This document shows positions 9,255 to 19,134 of a stretch of DNA of 64,000 nucleotides, piece by piece (positions within the stretch are counted from its first letter, which is position 1; each line of letters begins with the position of its first letter). Both the position numbers and the translations under genes were made by a program. The stretch comes from Gemmatimonadales bacterium (GTDB lineage: Bacteria; Gemmatimonadota; Gemmatimonadetes; Gemmatimonadales; JACORV01): assembly GCA_049513575.1 (NCBI GenBank), contig JBEKVZ010000013.1, positions 22,062 through 86,061 of the forward strand, in the 5' to 3' direction. The notes beneath the pieces are model-generated. The model searched no databases. It saw only the letters and a list, made by a program, of their open reading frames with translations, and had not been told where the DNA came from.

Positions 9255-10375
9255 TGGACAAGGACGACGTGCAGCGTCTCTCCGAGAAGATCGCGGTGGC
9301 ACTCGAGTCCGAGCTGAATCGAGCGAGCGGCGCGACGGCCGCGGCGAAGACCGGTCGGCGTGCGTCCGGCGCCGCGGGGGGCCGCCCGTGGCTGCCCACG
9401 CCGGTCCGGCCCGAGCCGCGGGTGCCGACGCCCGGCGCGCTCCCGGCCTTCGCGGCCTCGTCGCAGCTGCTCCCCGACGTCGCGCCGGTCCGCCGGCCGT
9501 CGGGCACGCCGCACCACCGCGCCGACTACCCGGCGATGGTGGTGGCGGAGCGTCAGGCCGCCGCGGCGCGCGGTCCCTCACCGCTCCCGGCTGGTTCCCG
9601 TGCCGGTGCGGACCGCGCGGCGACGACGCGCACCACCCGGGAAGTGACGATTGGCGTCTCGAACCGCCACCTGCACGTATCGGAGCGGGACTTCGCGACG
9701 CTGTTCGGCGCCGGGAAGGGACTGACGCCCCAGCGCCAGATCTCGCAGCCGGGTCAGTACGCGGCGAGCGAGACCGTGGGCGTCGTCGGGAAGAGCGGGC
9801 GCATCGCGGACGTGCGGATCGTCGGCCCCGCGCGCGGGCGCACCCAGCTCGAGCTGTCACCCGCCGACTGCCGCGCGCTCGGAATCACCGCGCCCGTCGC
9901 ACTCTCGGGGAAGCTCGAGGGTTCCTCGGGCGGCGTGACGCTCGAGGGCCCGGCGGGCAAGGTGACCCTGGAGAGCGGTGTGATCGTGGCGCAGCGCCAC
10001 CTGCACGTGGCCCCGGCGGACGCGCGCCGGCTGGGCGTGGCCGACGGGGACCGGGTCGCAGTGGAGTGCGGGCCCGCGGGCCGGCGGGCCACGCTGCACG
10101 ACGTGCTCGTGCGGCTGGGACCGACCCACGCCACCGAGCTGCATCTCGACACCGACGAGGCCAACGCGGCGCAGGTGAAGACGGGCGACCGGGGGCTCGT
10201 CGTCGCCGCCTCGCGCGCCGTCCGGCCGTCGGGACGGCGGCCGCTCCTCACGGAGCGCGACGTCGCCGAGCTCGCCGCCCGCGGCGAGAAGGTGATGGCC
10301 GGCGGCCCCTATCTGCTCACGCCCGCCGCGCGCGATCGGGCCAAGGCGCTCGGCATCTGGCGAGAGGAGACGTGA
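9254..10375 (+). CDS. pduL: PduL-type phosphate acyltransferase with N-terminal encapsulation peptide, long linker and C-terminal extension
   Basis: GVSNRHLH, SQPGQYA, VIVAQRHLH and ELHLDTDEANAA motifs; N-terminal '[21 protein letters not shown]'. Confidence 0.92.
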   Translation: MDKDDVQRLSEKIAVALESELNRASGATAAAKTGRRASGAAGGRPWLPTPVRPEPRVPTPGALPAFAASSQLLPDVAPVRRPSGTPHHRADYPAMVVAERQAAAARGPSPLPAGSRAGADRAATTRTTREVTIGVSNRHLHVSERDFATLFGAGKGLTPQRQISQPGQYAASETVGVVGKSGRIADVRIVGPARGRTQLELSPADCRALGITAPVALSGKLEGSSGGVTLEGPAGKVTLESGVIVAQRHLHVAPADARRLGVADGDRVAVECGPAGRRATLHDVLVRLGPTHATELHLDTDEANAAQVKTGDRGLVVAASRAVRPSGRRPLLTERDVAELAARGEKVMAGGPYLLTPAARDRAKALGIWREET

Positions 10376-10791
10376 CCGACCGGCTCGAATCGTCGGTCGA
10401 GTTCCGCGTCCGCTACAGCGAAACGGATCAGATGGGGTTCGCCCACCACGGCCACTACCTGGCGTGGTGCGAGATGGCGCGCACGGAACACATGCGCCGC
10501 CTCGGGGTCACGTACCGGGATCTGGAGGAGCGTGGGGTCCGGCTCGCCGTGTCCGGGGCGCAATTGCGTTACGCGAAGCCGGCGCGGTACGACGACCCGC
10601 TCGAGGTGACCGCGTGGTTGGCGGAGGCGGGCTCCCGCCGCCTGACCTTCGGCTACAGGATCGAGCGGATGGATGACGGGGCGATGCTGGCAACGGCCGA
10701 GACCTCGCTGGTGTCCATCGACGCCGCGGGCCGCCCGGCGCGGCTGCCCCAGGACGTGATCGCCCGCCTCGCGGAGCTGCTCGGTGCCTAG
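10372..10791 (+). CDS. Acyl-CoA thioesterase (YbgC/4HBT hot-dog family)
   Basis: 'RVRYSETDQMGFAHHGHYLAWCEMART'; GTGA overlap with the pduL stop. Confidence 0.9.
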   Translation: MTDRLESSVEFRVRYSETDQMGFAHHGHYLAWCEMARTEHMRRLGVTYRDLEERGVRLAVSGAQLRYAKPARYDDPLEVTAWLAEAGSRRLTFGYRIERMDDGAMLATAETSLVSIDAAGRPARLPQDVIARLAELLGA

Positions 10792-12928
10792 CGCCGCGCG
10801 CGTCGGCGCCCTGCTCCTCGGCGCGGCGGCGTGGGCCGCGCCGGGCGCACGCCGACTGGACACCGCCGCTTCCGTTGCGCCGCCCGCTCGATCCGGCTCC
10901 AACGCGAGTGCGGCCGCGCCGCTCGCCGCGCAGGGCGAGTCGCGGGTCGCCGACCTCGCGCAGCTGCTCGCCCTGGAGGACCGGCGGGAGTTCGACGGTG
11001 CGGCGCTGCGCCGTGCCGCCCGCCACCCCGACGCGCTGATCCGCGCCGAGGCGGCCGTCGCCATCGGGAGGATCGGCGACCCGGCCGGCGCCCCCATGGT
11101 GGTCGCCCTGCTCTCCGATCCCGACACGGCGGTGCGCGCCGAAGCGGCGTTCGCCATCGGGCTTCTGCATGACACGCTGGCGGTCGAAGAGCTGGCGCGG
11201 CGCCTCGACGCCTTCCCCCGGGTCGCGGCCGATCCGGACCAGCTCGAGATGGTAACGGCCCTTGCAAGGATCGGGGGAGAGCGGGCCGCGTCCGCGCTCG
11301 AGGCGCTCCTCCAGCGCCACCCGCCGGGCGGCCGCTCCGACGACCCGGCGACGTCGCGGGCGCTCCTCGAATCGTGGCGGCTGCGGCAGCGCGCCCCCGC
11401 CGCGCGCCTGGTCGAGTACGTGCGCGCCGGCTCCGGCGAGTGGCGCCGCAACGCCACCTACACGACGGCGCGGCTCGCCGCGCTCGGTGCGCTGCCGGAA
11501 GCGGGCGCCGCAGCGTCCGCTCTGCTGGAGGCGGCGGCGGATTCCGATCCGCTCACGCGTTCCTATGCGGCGCGCGGCCTGACCGCAGCCGTGGCGGACT
11601 CCGCGCGCCTCGCTCGCGAGACCTTCGTCGGCTGCCTGCGCGTGCTGCTGAGCGACGGCGACGCGCAGGTGAGAATCACCGCGCTCCGCTCGCTCGCGAC
11701 CTACCGCGACTCCGCGTTCGCCGGCTACGCGCTGCCGCGGCTGGTGGACCCGGATCCCAACGCCGTCGTGCAGGCGGTGCAGACGCTCGGCGTGCTCGGG
11801 GGGTCGCGTGCGATCGCGGCGCTGGAGGAGCGGTTCAGCCAGGGAACGAGCTTCGCCGTCCAGCGCGCGGCTCTTGGCGCGCTGGGGCAGGTGGCGCCCG
11901 AGCGCGTGTTGGAAATCGCCCAGACCTGGCGGGTCGCCGCCGACTGGCGGCTGCGCGCGGCCTTCGCCGAGGCGCTCGGGAGCGTGCAGACCGCCGCTTC
12001 GCGGGCGGCGCTGCAGGAGCTGGCGGGGGAGAGCGATCCGCGGGTGGTGGAATCGGCCCTCGCCTCGCTCGAGACGATCGTGCCGCGCGGAGACACGGCG
12101 CTGCGCGCCCTGGCGCGCTCGCGCCTGGCGAGCCCGGACGTGATGGTGCGCGCGGCCGCGATCGACGTGCTCGATCGCGAGCGGGACCCGGCGCTCGTGC
12201 CGGACCTCGTAGCTGCGTACCGGCGTGCCGGTGGCGACGATGCGAGCGACGCCCGGCTCGCCGTCGTGACGGCCCTGGGCCACCTCGTCCGCGCGGACGC
12301 GTCGCGGCAGGAGCTGGTCGAGCGGGAGTTCCTCGGCGCGGTGCCGAGGAGCAGCGACTACCTCGTGCGGCGCGCCGCTGCGGAGCAGCTCGGCGCGGAC
12401 GTCGAGCGGCGGTACTGGGGCAGCGTGTATCCCGTCCAAACCGGCCGCTCGGCCGAGGACTACCGCACCCTGGTCCGCACCCTCCAGCTCCCGGCGCTCG
12501 AGGGCGGGGCGCTGCCGCAGGTGACGATCGAGACCGACCACGGCAACCTCGTTCTCCAGCTGTACGCGGGGGACGCGCCGCTCACCGTGCAGAATCTTCT
12601 CCGGCTGGTGGACCGGCGGTTCTTCGACGGCAGCCGCTGGCATCGCGTCGTCCCGAACTTCGTCATCCAGGACGGGGACCCCCGCGGCGACGGGAACGGC
12701 GGCCCGGGCTGGGTGATCCGCGACGAGATCAACCGCCGCCGTTACGATCGCGGCGCCGTGGGCATGGCGCTCTCGGGACCGGACACCGGCGGCTCGCAGT
12801 TCTTCGTCACGCATTCGCCGCAGCCGCACCTCGACGGCGGCTACACCGTCTTCGGCCACCTCGTGCAGGGGACGGACGTGCTCGACGCGATCGTGCTGGG
12901 GGACCGCATCCGCAGGATCACGCGGTAG
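10784..12928 (+). CDS. HEAT-repeat protein with C-terminal cyclophilin-type PPIase
   Basis: Repeated 'VRAEAAFAIG'-type HEAT units; C-terminal 'WHRVVPNFVIQDGDP...GGSQFF...HLDGGYTVFG'; N-terminal signal-like segment. Confidence 0.88.
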   Translation: MPSAARVGALLLGAAAWAAPGARRLDTAASVAPPARSGSNASAAAPLAAQGESRVADLAQLLALEDRREFDGAALRRAARHPDALIRAEAAVAIGRIGDPAGAPMVVALLSDPDTAVRAEAAFAIGLLHDTLAVEELARRLDAFPRVAADPDQLEMVTALARIGGERAASALEALLQRHPPGGRSDDPATSRALLESWRLRQRAPAARLVEYVRAGSGEWRRNATYTTARLAALGALPEAGAAASALLEAAADSDPLTRSYAARGLTAAVADSARLARETFVGCLRVLLSDGDAQVRITALRSLATYRDSAFAGYALPRLVDPDPNAVVQAVQTLGVLGGSRAIAALEERFSQGTSFAVQRAALGALGQVAPERVLEIAQTWRVAADWRLRAAFAEALGSVQTAASRAALQELAGESDPRVVESALASLETIVPRGDTALRALARSRLASPDVMVRAAAIDVLDRERDPALVPDLVAAYRRAGGDDASDARLAVVTALGHLVRADASRQELVEREFLGAVPRSSDYLVRRAAAEQLGADVERRYWGSVYPVQTGRSAEDYRTLVRTLQLPALEGGALPQVTIETDHGNLVLQLYAGDAPLTVQNLLRLVDRRFFDGSRWHRVVPNFVIQDGDPRGDGNGGPGWVIRDEINRRRYDRGAVGMALSGPDTGGSQFFVTHSPQPHLDGGYTVFGHLVQGTDVLDAIVLGDRIRRITR

Positions 12929-12929
12929 C

Positions 12930-13697
12930 GTGCGCCGCCGAGTGGTGGTCCGTCTGTCGCAGGCGCTCGTCGGTGCACCATCGGGCGGGGAGACTGCCGG
13001 ACATTTCCTTGCCGCCTTCCTGCGGCGTTTCTATCTTGCGGTGTCGCTGGCGATCATGGCCGAGGCGTGTGCCCGGCCTCCGGCGCCGCTCGCGCCGACC
13101 GGCCCGTACGTGCCGATGAGTGCCGAGGCGTTCGCCGCGGTGGCGGCGCGCACGGTGCCCTCGGCGGCCCAGCTGATCCGGGTCCGCTGGCGCTACGACG
13201 ACGGCGACCGGGAGGCGAGCGGGCGGGGCGCGGTGCGGCTGGCGCCTCCGGATTCGCTGCGGCTCGACGTCGCGGTGCCGGTTCTGGGGCGCGCGACGCT
13301 GGTGCTCGCGGGCGATTCCTCGTGGGCGCAGCCCGACCGGTTGGCGGACGAGGTGCCGCAGTCCCGCGCGCTCCTGTGGGCGCTCTTCGGCATCATCCGG
13401 CCCCCGGACGCCGGCACCCGCGTCGAGGCGGGCGACGCGCCCGAGCGCCGGCTGTTCCGGCTGACCGCGCCGGGCGGCCTGGTCACGCTCCTGGAATGCC
13501 GGGGCGACACGCTGCTCGTGGCCACGGAGCTCAGGGGCGAGCGCATCGTGGGCCGGTTGGCGCTCAGGCGGGACGCGGCGGGAGCCGTGGTCAAGGCGGA
13601 CGCGTCGGACTTCGAACACCGCGCGAGATTCGTGGTGGAGGTGGAGCATCGGGAGACCAGTGAGCCGTTCCCCGCTGAGATCTGGCGCCGTCCGTAG
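12930..13697 (+). CDS. Hypothetical putative lipoprotein (LolB/DUF4292-like beta protein, uncertain)
   Basis: Operonic position; possible lipobox 'MAEAC'; start uncertain. Confidence 0.5.
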   Translation: MRRRVVVRLSQALVGAPSGGETAGHFLAAFLRRFYLAVSLAIMAEACARPPAPLAPTGPYVPMSAEAFAAVAARTVPSAAQLIRVRWRYDDGDREASGRGAVRLAPPDSLRLDVAVPVLGRATLVLAGDSSWAQPDRLADEVPQSRALLWALFGIIRPPDAGTRVEAGDAPERRLFRLTAPGGLVTLLECRGDTLLVATELRGERIVGRLALRRDAAGAVVKADASDFEHRARFVVEVEHRETSEPFPAEIWRRP

Positions 13698-14175
13698 CGC
13701 GGGCGCGCTCGCGCTCCTGCTTGCCGCGGGGTGCCTGTACCACTTCAGCGGCGGCGGCCTGCCCAGCGACGTCAAGACCGTCGCCATCCTCCCGTTCGAC
13801 AACAAGACGGGCGAGCCCGCGCTCACCCAGGAGGCCAATGCCGCCCTCCGGGACGCGGTGGAGAGCCGGCTGGGGCTGCGGGAGGCGTCGGAGGCCAACG
13901 CCGACGCGGTCGTGCGCGGGGAGATCGTGCGCTACGATCCGGACATCCCGCTTTCCTACCAGGCCGGTCAGGGAACTGTCGAAGTGACGCGGCGGCGGGT
14001 GCAGATCGTGCTGAACGTGGAGCTCTACGACCAGAAGCACGGCAAGTCGCTGTGGAAGCAGTCGAGCCTGACCGTGGACGGCGAGTATCAACCGCCCGCC
14101 GAACTCAGCGGGCGCACATTGGCGTGGGCCAAACTGGTCACGCAGGTGGTGGAGGGAGCGCAGTCCCAGTGGTGA
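13660..14175 (+). CDS. lptE: LPS assembly lipoprotein LptE-like
   Basis: Lipobox LAAGC; 'YHFSGGGLPSDVKTVAILPFDNKT' pattern; size fits. Confidence 0.7.
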   Translation: MSRSPLRSGAVRSAGALALLLAAGCLYHFSGGGLPSDVKTVAILPFDNKTGEPALTQEANAALRDAVESRLGLREASEANADAVVRGEIVRYDPDIPLSYQAGQGTVEVTRRRVQIVLNVELYDQKHGKSLWKQSSLTVDGEYQPPAELSGRTLAWAKLVTQVVEGAQSQW

Positions 14176-14549
14176 CACCGAGGCGTGACGAGAGCGGGAA
14201 GGGGAAGCTCGGCTGCCTCTTCGTCGTAGCGGTCGTGGCGCTTGGCATCTACATCGGCAAGAACTTCGGCGCGGTTTACTTCCGGTATTACCAGCTGAAC
14301 GACGAAGTGAAGAGCCAGGCGTCGTTCGCGCCCGGGCTGACGGACCAGGCGATCCGCGACCGCCTCGTCTTGAAGGCCGATTCGCTCGGCATCCCGCTCG
14401 GGCCCAAGGAGTGGCAGATCGAGCGCACGCGCTCGCCGAGCGAGATCTCGATCAGCGCGACCTACACCGACAGCGTCGTCGTGAACCTCCCCGGCTTCCG
14501 CCGGGTCTACTACTTCCACCTGAACCCCGGCGCGCGGGCGCCGCTGTAG
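14172..14549 (+). CDS. Single-TM hypothetical protein (DUF4845-like)
   Basis: '[19 protein letters not shown]' N-terminal helix; overlaps both neighbours. Confidence 0.6.
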   Translation: MTPRRDESGKGKLGCLFVVAVVALGIYIGKNFGAVYFRYYQLNDEVKSQASFAPGLTDQAIRDRLVLKADSLGIPLGPKEWQIERTRSPSEISISATYTDSVVVNLPGFRRVYYFHLNPGARAPL

Positions 14550-15043
14550 TGGCCGCCCACGGGCCCGCCGACCCGTCGGAGAAGCTGCTGAGCCGCCAGG
14601 CCGCGGTGGCCTGGCGGCGGGGCGGGCGCGGGAAGGTCGTGTTCACCAACGGCATTTTCGACGTCCTGCATCGGGGCCACGTCGCGCTGCTCTGCGCGGC
14701 GCGCGCCGAGGGCGACCGCCTGGTCGTCGGGCTCAACACCGACGCGTCGGCGCGCCGCCTGAAGGGCCCGGAGCGGCCGATCAACCGCGGGGAGGACCGG
14801 GCGTTCGTCCTGGGGGGCCTCGCGTGCGTGGACGCGGTGGTCCTGTTCGACGAGGACACGCCGGCAGAGCTGATCGCCGCGCTCCAGCCCGACGTGCTGG
14901 TCAAGGGCGCCGGTTACGGGCCGGGGCAGATCGTCGGCGCGGACGTCGTGGAGGCGCGCGGTGGCCGGGTGGTGCGCGTGCCCCTCGAGCCCGGCTACTC
15001 CACCACGGGGCTCATCGCCAAGGTGCGCGGTGGCGCGGCCTGA
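14549..15043 (+). CDS. rfaE2: D-glycero-beta-D-manno-heptose 1-phosphate adenylyltransferase
   Basis: [34 protein letters not shown] and STT motifs. Confidence 0.92.
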   Translation: MAAHGPADPSEKLLSRQAAVAWRRGGRGKVVFTNGIFDVLHRGHVALLCAARAEGDRLVVGLNTDASARRLKGPERPINRGEDRAFVLGGLACVDAVVLFDEDTPAELIAALQPDVLVKGAGYGPGQIVGADVVEARGGRVVRVPLEPGYSTTGLIAKVRGGAA

Positions 15044-15740
15044 CGGGCGCGGCGCGGCGGACCTCCGTCCGCTGGTGCTGGAGCGGGGGACCAACCCGTA
15101 CGCCGAGGGCTCCTGCCTGGTGCGCATGGGCGCGACGCTCGTGCTGTGCACGGCGTCGGTGGAGGCGGGCGTGCCGGGCTGGCGGAAGGGGACAGGCCTC
15201 GGCTGGGTGACGGCGGAGTACGCGATGCTGCCGCGCGCGACGACCGAGCGCACGCCGCGCGAGCGGCAGGGGGCGGGCGGGCGCACGCAGGAGATCCAGC
15301 GGCTGATCGGCCGGAGCGCGCGGGCGGCGCTCACCGGCTTCGACTTCGGCGAGTACACGATCCGGCTCGACTGCGACGTGCTCCAGGCGGACGGCGGCAC
15401 GCGGACCGCGGCGGTCACGGGGGCCGCGGTCGCGCTGGCCGACGCCTGCGGCCATCTCGCCGCGGCGGCGCAGGTGAAGAACCCGTTCGGCCGTCTCGTC
15501 GCCGCGGTGAGCGTCGGGATGATGGACGGCGAGGCGCGGCTGGACCTGGCCTACGCGGAGGACCGCACGGCCGACGTGGACGCGAACGTGGTGCTGGCCG
15601 AGCCGGACGCGCTGGTGGAGGTGCAGGGCACGGGCGAGCACGGCACCTTCTCGCGGGCCGATCTCGATGCAATGCTCGATCTGGCGCTCGCCGGCACCGC
15701 CCGCATCTTCGCCGCGCAGCGCGCCGCTCTGGATCGGTGA
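15030..15740 (+). CDS. rph: Ribonuclease PH
   Basis: [48 protein letters not shown]. Confidence 0.96.
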   Translation: MARPDGRGAADLRPLVLERGTNPYAEGSCLVRMGATLVLCTASVEAGVPGWRKGTGLGWVTAEYAMLPRATTERTPRERQGAGGRTQEIQRLIGRSARAALTGFDFGEYTIRLDCDVLQADGGTRTAAVTGAAVALADACGHLAAAAQVKNPFGRLVAAVSVGMMDGEARLDLAYAEDRTADVDANVVLAEPDALVEVQGTGEHGTFSRADLDAMLDLALAGTARIFAAQRAALDR

Positions 15741-16372
15741 GCCGCCTCCTCGTGGCCACTAGGAGCGCGGACAAGGTGCGCGAGATCCGCCGCATCCTGG
15801 CCGCTGCGGGGCTTCCTTTGGAGATCGAGTCGCTCGACGAGGCCCATGTGCACTGGAGCAGCGAGGAGGAGCGGATCGAGCAGTTCGATTCCTTCCTCGC
15901 CAACGCCCGAGCCAAGGCGGAGTACTTCGCCAAGCTCACCGGCCGGCCGACCGTGGCCGACGATTCGGGGATCGAGGTGATTTCCCTCGGCGGCGCGCCC
16001 GGCGTGCGGTCGAAGCGCTTCGCGGCGGAAGGCAGCCGACTGAGCGGCAAGGAGCTGGACGCGGCGAACAACGCCGAGCTGCTCCGCCGGCTCCAGGGCG
16101 CGGACGCGGCGCGACGCCGGGCCTGCTACGTCTGCGTGGCCGTCCTGGTCCGGAAGGTCTCGGCGGCGCCCGAATCGTTCACCGGGCGGAGCTGGGGCCG
16201 GATCCTCGAGGAGCCCCACGGCACCGGCGGCTTCGGCTACGACCCGCTGTTCCTGCACGAGGGGCTCGGCAAGAGCTTCGGCGAGGCCGCCCCGGAGGAG
16301 AAGGACGCCGTGAGCCATCGCGGCGAGGCGTTCCGGCAGTTGGCCGCCGCGCTGGCCAGCCGACCGCTCTAG
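15737..16372 (+). CDS. rdgB: Non-canonical purine NTP pyrophosphatase (RdgB/HAM1)
   Basis: [20 protein letters not shown] and SHRG motifs; follows rph as usual. Confidence 0.93.
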   Translation: MSRLLVATRSADKVREIRRILAAAGLPLEIESLDEAHVHWSSEEERIEQFDSFLANARAKAEYFAKLTGRPTVADDSGIEVISLGGAPGVRSKRFAAEGSRLSGKELDAANNAELLRRLQGADAARRRACYVCVAVLVRKVSAAPESFTGRSWGRILEEPHGTGGFGYDPLFLHEGLGKSFGEAAPEEKDAVSHRGEAFRQLAAALASRPL

Positions 16373-16387
16373 CCCCTCGATCCCCCG

Positions 16388-18283
16388 GTGCCCGACGGCT
16401 TAACGACGGAACACGCGTCGCGTCTACCGGTACCAGACAACGTGAACACGCCCGCGGAATCCTCGACCCCTGCGCCGGCGCGCCGTTCGGGCGCCGCGCG
16501 ACTTTCTGTCCGCAGTGCGACCCGGGGGCTCGGCGCGGCCGTGCTCGTCGCGGTCGCGGCGACCGCGTGCTACAAGCTCGAGAGCACGGCGCCGGGCGCG
16601 ACCTTGAACTTCAAGAGCAATCCGTGCACGCCCGCAGACACCGTGCGGCTGGCGGTGGCGCAGACGGTGCGCGTCGACTGCAGCAACGGCGGGACGACGG
16701 TGACTTTCGGGGGCGCGGGGGCGAGCTACCTCATCGTTCCGGAGTTTGCGACGGACCAGGCGGTGTTCCAGTTCGTCGACTACGCCGTGGACAGCGGTCT
16801 TGCGCTGGCCGTCTCGGCCAGCGGGGTGAAGGCATCGGCCCGCGTGCGCGGCGGCGCGGGGCTGGCGGCGGCGCTGGCGCCGACGCGACCCACCGCCGCG
16901 CAGCGGGTCGCCGATGGGCGGCTGCGCGCACGCGGCAGGCAGCTGGCGATGTCGGGCGCCTTCAGGGCCTCGGGGGTCGCCGGCTTGCGAGCCGTGCAGG
17001 GCCCCGCCAGAGTGACCGTGCCCGCGCAGGGCAGCGTCCGGAGCTTCCAGGTCCTGTCGAACCTGTTCGGCACCAGCAATACGTGGGCGACGGTGGCTGC
17101 GCAGCTGGCGTATGTCGGCAGCAACATCCTGCTGTACGTGGACACGCTGGCCCCGGCGGGCGGCTTCACGCCGACGCAGCTGCAGAGCTACGGCCAGTAC
17201 TTTGACCAGACCCTGTTCCCCATCGACACGACCGCGTTCGGCGCGCCGACCGACATAGACGGGAACGGCCACGTCATCGTCCTGATGTCCAACGTCGTGA
17301 ACGCGGACACGCCCGCCTCCGTGTGCACGACCCAGGGGTACGTCGCGGGGTTCTTCAACGAGGAGGATTTCACCCCTGCGTCGGTCGACCCGAACTCGAA
17401 CCAGGGGGAGATCTTCTACACGATTCTGCCCGATCCCGCCGGCCAGCTCAGCTGCGCGCATAGCTTGGCGGACCTGGAGAGCAGCGTGCCCCCGACGTTC
17501 CTGCACGAGCTGCAGCATCTGATCAACTTCGCGCAGCACGTCGTGGTGAACGGCGGCCAGCCGCTGAGCAGCTGGCTGGACGAAGGCATGAGCATCGCGG
17601 CAGAGGAGTTGGGCTCCATCCACTACGAGCAGCAGTGCCCGGGGACGGCGTGCCGGACCAATCCGACGCAGCTGTTCCCCGATTCGTCCCAGCCGTTTGT
17701 CCAGGATTTCCTGTACGACTCGTATCAGTACGCGCTGCTGCCGGACACGGCGAGCATTCTGCTGGAGAACGACGCCGATCAGGGCTTCTCGTGGCGTGGG
17801 GGCGCGTGGCTCCTGGTGCGCTGGCTGGCCGACCAGAAGGGGAGCGGGGTCCTCCGGCAGCTCGAGCAGGGGCCGGACGACGGCGTGGCGGCCCTCGCGC
17901 AGGCGATGGGTGAGCCCTTCCCGCAGCTGTTCGCGGACTTTGGGCTGGCGCTGTACACCGACAGCCTGCCCGGGCTCGCGCGGACGACCGCCCCTGTGGC
18001 AAACCGGTTTGTCACTCGCAATCTCCGCCAGATGTGGGCGCGGCTCTACGCGACGTCGGGGGGGACGACTGACATCCCGCTGGCGATGCCGTTGCAGATC
18101 TTCTCGATTACGTCCGATACCACGAGCTACGTCATCTATCCCGGCACAGTGACTTACCTCCGGCTCGACACGCCGACGAACGCCGCCGCGGTATCCGTCC
18201 AGTTCGCCGGGCCAGGCGGCGTCGCTTTCCCGGGCGGCCTGCAGCCGCAGCTGGCGGTCTTCCGCCTCCCGCCGGGGCAGTGA
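16388..18283 (+). CDS. Putative lipoprotein zinc metallopeptidase (HEXXH, gluzincin/M30-like)
   Basis: Lipobox 'VAATAC'; 'TFLHELQHLINF' and 'WLDEGMS'; 'DIDGNG' possible Ca-binding loop; start uncertain. Confidence 0.7.
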   Translation: MPDGLTTEHASRLPVPDNVNTPAESSTPAPARRSGAARLSVRSATRGLGAAVLVAVAATACYKLESTAPGATLNFKSNPCTPADTVRLAVAQTVRVDCSNGGTTVTFGGAGASYLIVPEFATDQAVFQFVDYAVDSGLALAVSASGVKASARVRGGAGLAAALAPTRPTAAQRVADGRLRARGRQLAMSGAFRASGVAGLRAVQGPARVTVPAQGSVRSFQVLSNLFGTSNTWATVAAQLAYVGSNILLYVDTLAPAGGFTPTQLQSYGQYFDQTLFPIDTTAFGAPTDIDGNGHVIVLMSNVVNADTPASVCTTQGYVAGFFNEEDFTPASVDPNSNQGEIFYTILPDPAGQLSCAHSLADLESSVPPTFLHELQHLINFAQHVVVNGGQPLSSWLDEGMSIAAEELGSIHYEQQCPGTACRTNPTQLFPDSSQPFVQDFLYDSYQYALLPDTASILLENDADQGFSWRGGAWLLVRWLADQKGSGVLRQLEQGPDDGVAALAQAMGEPFPQLFADFGLALYTDSLPGLARTTAPVANRFVTRNLRQMWARLYATSGGTTDIPLAMPLQIFSITSDTTSYVIYPGTVTYLRLDTPTNAAAVSVQFAGPGGVAFPGGLQPQLAVFRLPPGQ

Positions 18284-18301
18284 GGGCGCGGTGAACCTCT
18301 C

Positions 18302-18338
18302 GGGCGCCGCCGACTCAGCGGCGCCCTTCTCTTTGTTT
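18302..18338 (+). terminator. Intrinsic terminator after the peptidase gene
   Basis: GGGCGCCGC-7 nt-GCGGCGCCC followed by TTCTCTTTGTTT. Confidence 0.75.
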
Positions 18339-18408
18339 CCGGCTTCTCCTTCCTGTTGTATACTGGTAACCACTCGGAACTTGGCGTCTCGCAACCCGCA
18401 ACTCTGAT

Positions 18409-18447
18409 CGGAGTGTGGCGCAGCCCGGTAGCGCGCCTGGTTTGGGA
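18409..18447 (+). pseudogene. Detached 5' half of tRNA-Pro(TGG), ending at the anticodon loop
   Basis: 38/39 identical to 19135-19173; identity stops right after TTTGGGA. Confidence 0.9.
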
Positions 18448-18895
18448 TTCCGGCGAAACGAAGAGGCGTTTGGCAGAAGCGCAGAAGGATTGGGCAGTTA
18501 GGCAGACAGGGTGCGACGGTCGAATCAGGCTTTCGCACCCTGTCTACGTCCATACTCGCACAGATTGTTGCACACCCCCGGCCAGAGGCCCACCTGACAC
18601 AGCTCCCCTCCAGGGTCCCATACCTAGTCGGCCCTGCAGGCTCGCCGCCGTTTTCGTGCACTTCCGGCCCGCCGTTGACATGCGGAGTCGCGGGGAAGCC
18701 GCACCCTGTGTCGGCCGCGCAACGGAAACCGTCATTACCGAGCATGTCCATCACAATTCCGGCAGGGCGTATCAACAGGCGCGGCGGCCGCTTGCGGAAC
18801 CTGATGCCTGCTCAACGGCTCAGCGTGTTTGGGGAACAGAGTCTGCGACGATCCTTCCGCAATTGGGCGAGACCAACCCAAGCGGAAGGCGTCCG

Positions 18896-19051
18896 ATGCC
18901 TGAGTGGTGGGGGCTGCACGTAGAGGGGGAGTTAGTTCAGGTCATTCGTTGGTGCGAGGCGTCTCGTCCGGCGCTGAGTGACTTTGGCGTCACTATCCAA
19001 AGCGCGGTCGAGTACGAGATCGCGCCCGTGCACGCGCCTGCGGTTCATTGA
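18896..19051 (+). CDS. Possible 51-aa orphan peptide (MPEWWGLHVEG...)
   Basis: ATG preceded by GGAAGG; no recognisable motif. Confidence 0.3.
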   Translation: MPEWWGLHVEGELVQVIRWCEASRPALSDFGVTIQSAVEYEIAPVHAPAVH

Positions 19052-19134
19052 CCGCCCGCAAGTGGCGGAGAGCATCACACCCCCGTCTTTCGGAGCGAGC
19101 GGCGATCTCGTAAGCTTCTGTCGCACCACTTCAT

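Noticed and set aside
18356-19051. 231-aa ORF spanning the tRNA 5' fragment
   Set aside because: It runs through a tRNA-derived sequence and a hairpin, has no recognisable domain and has atypical composition; only the last 51 codons are weakly plausible.
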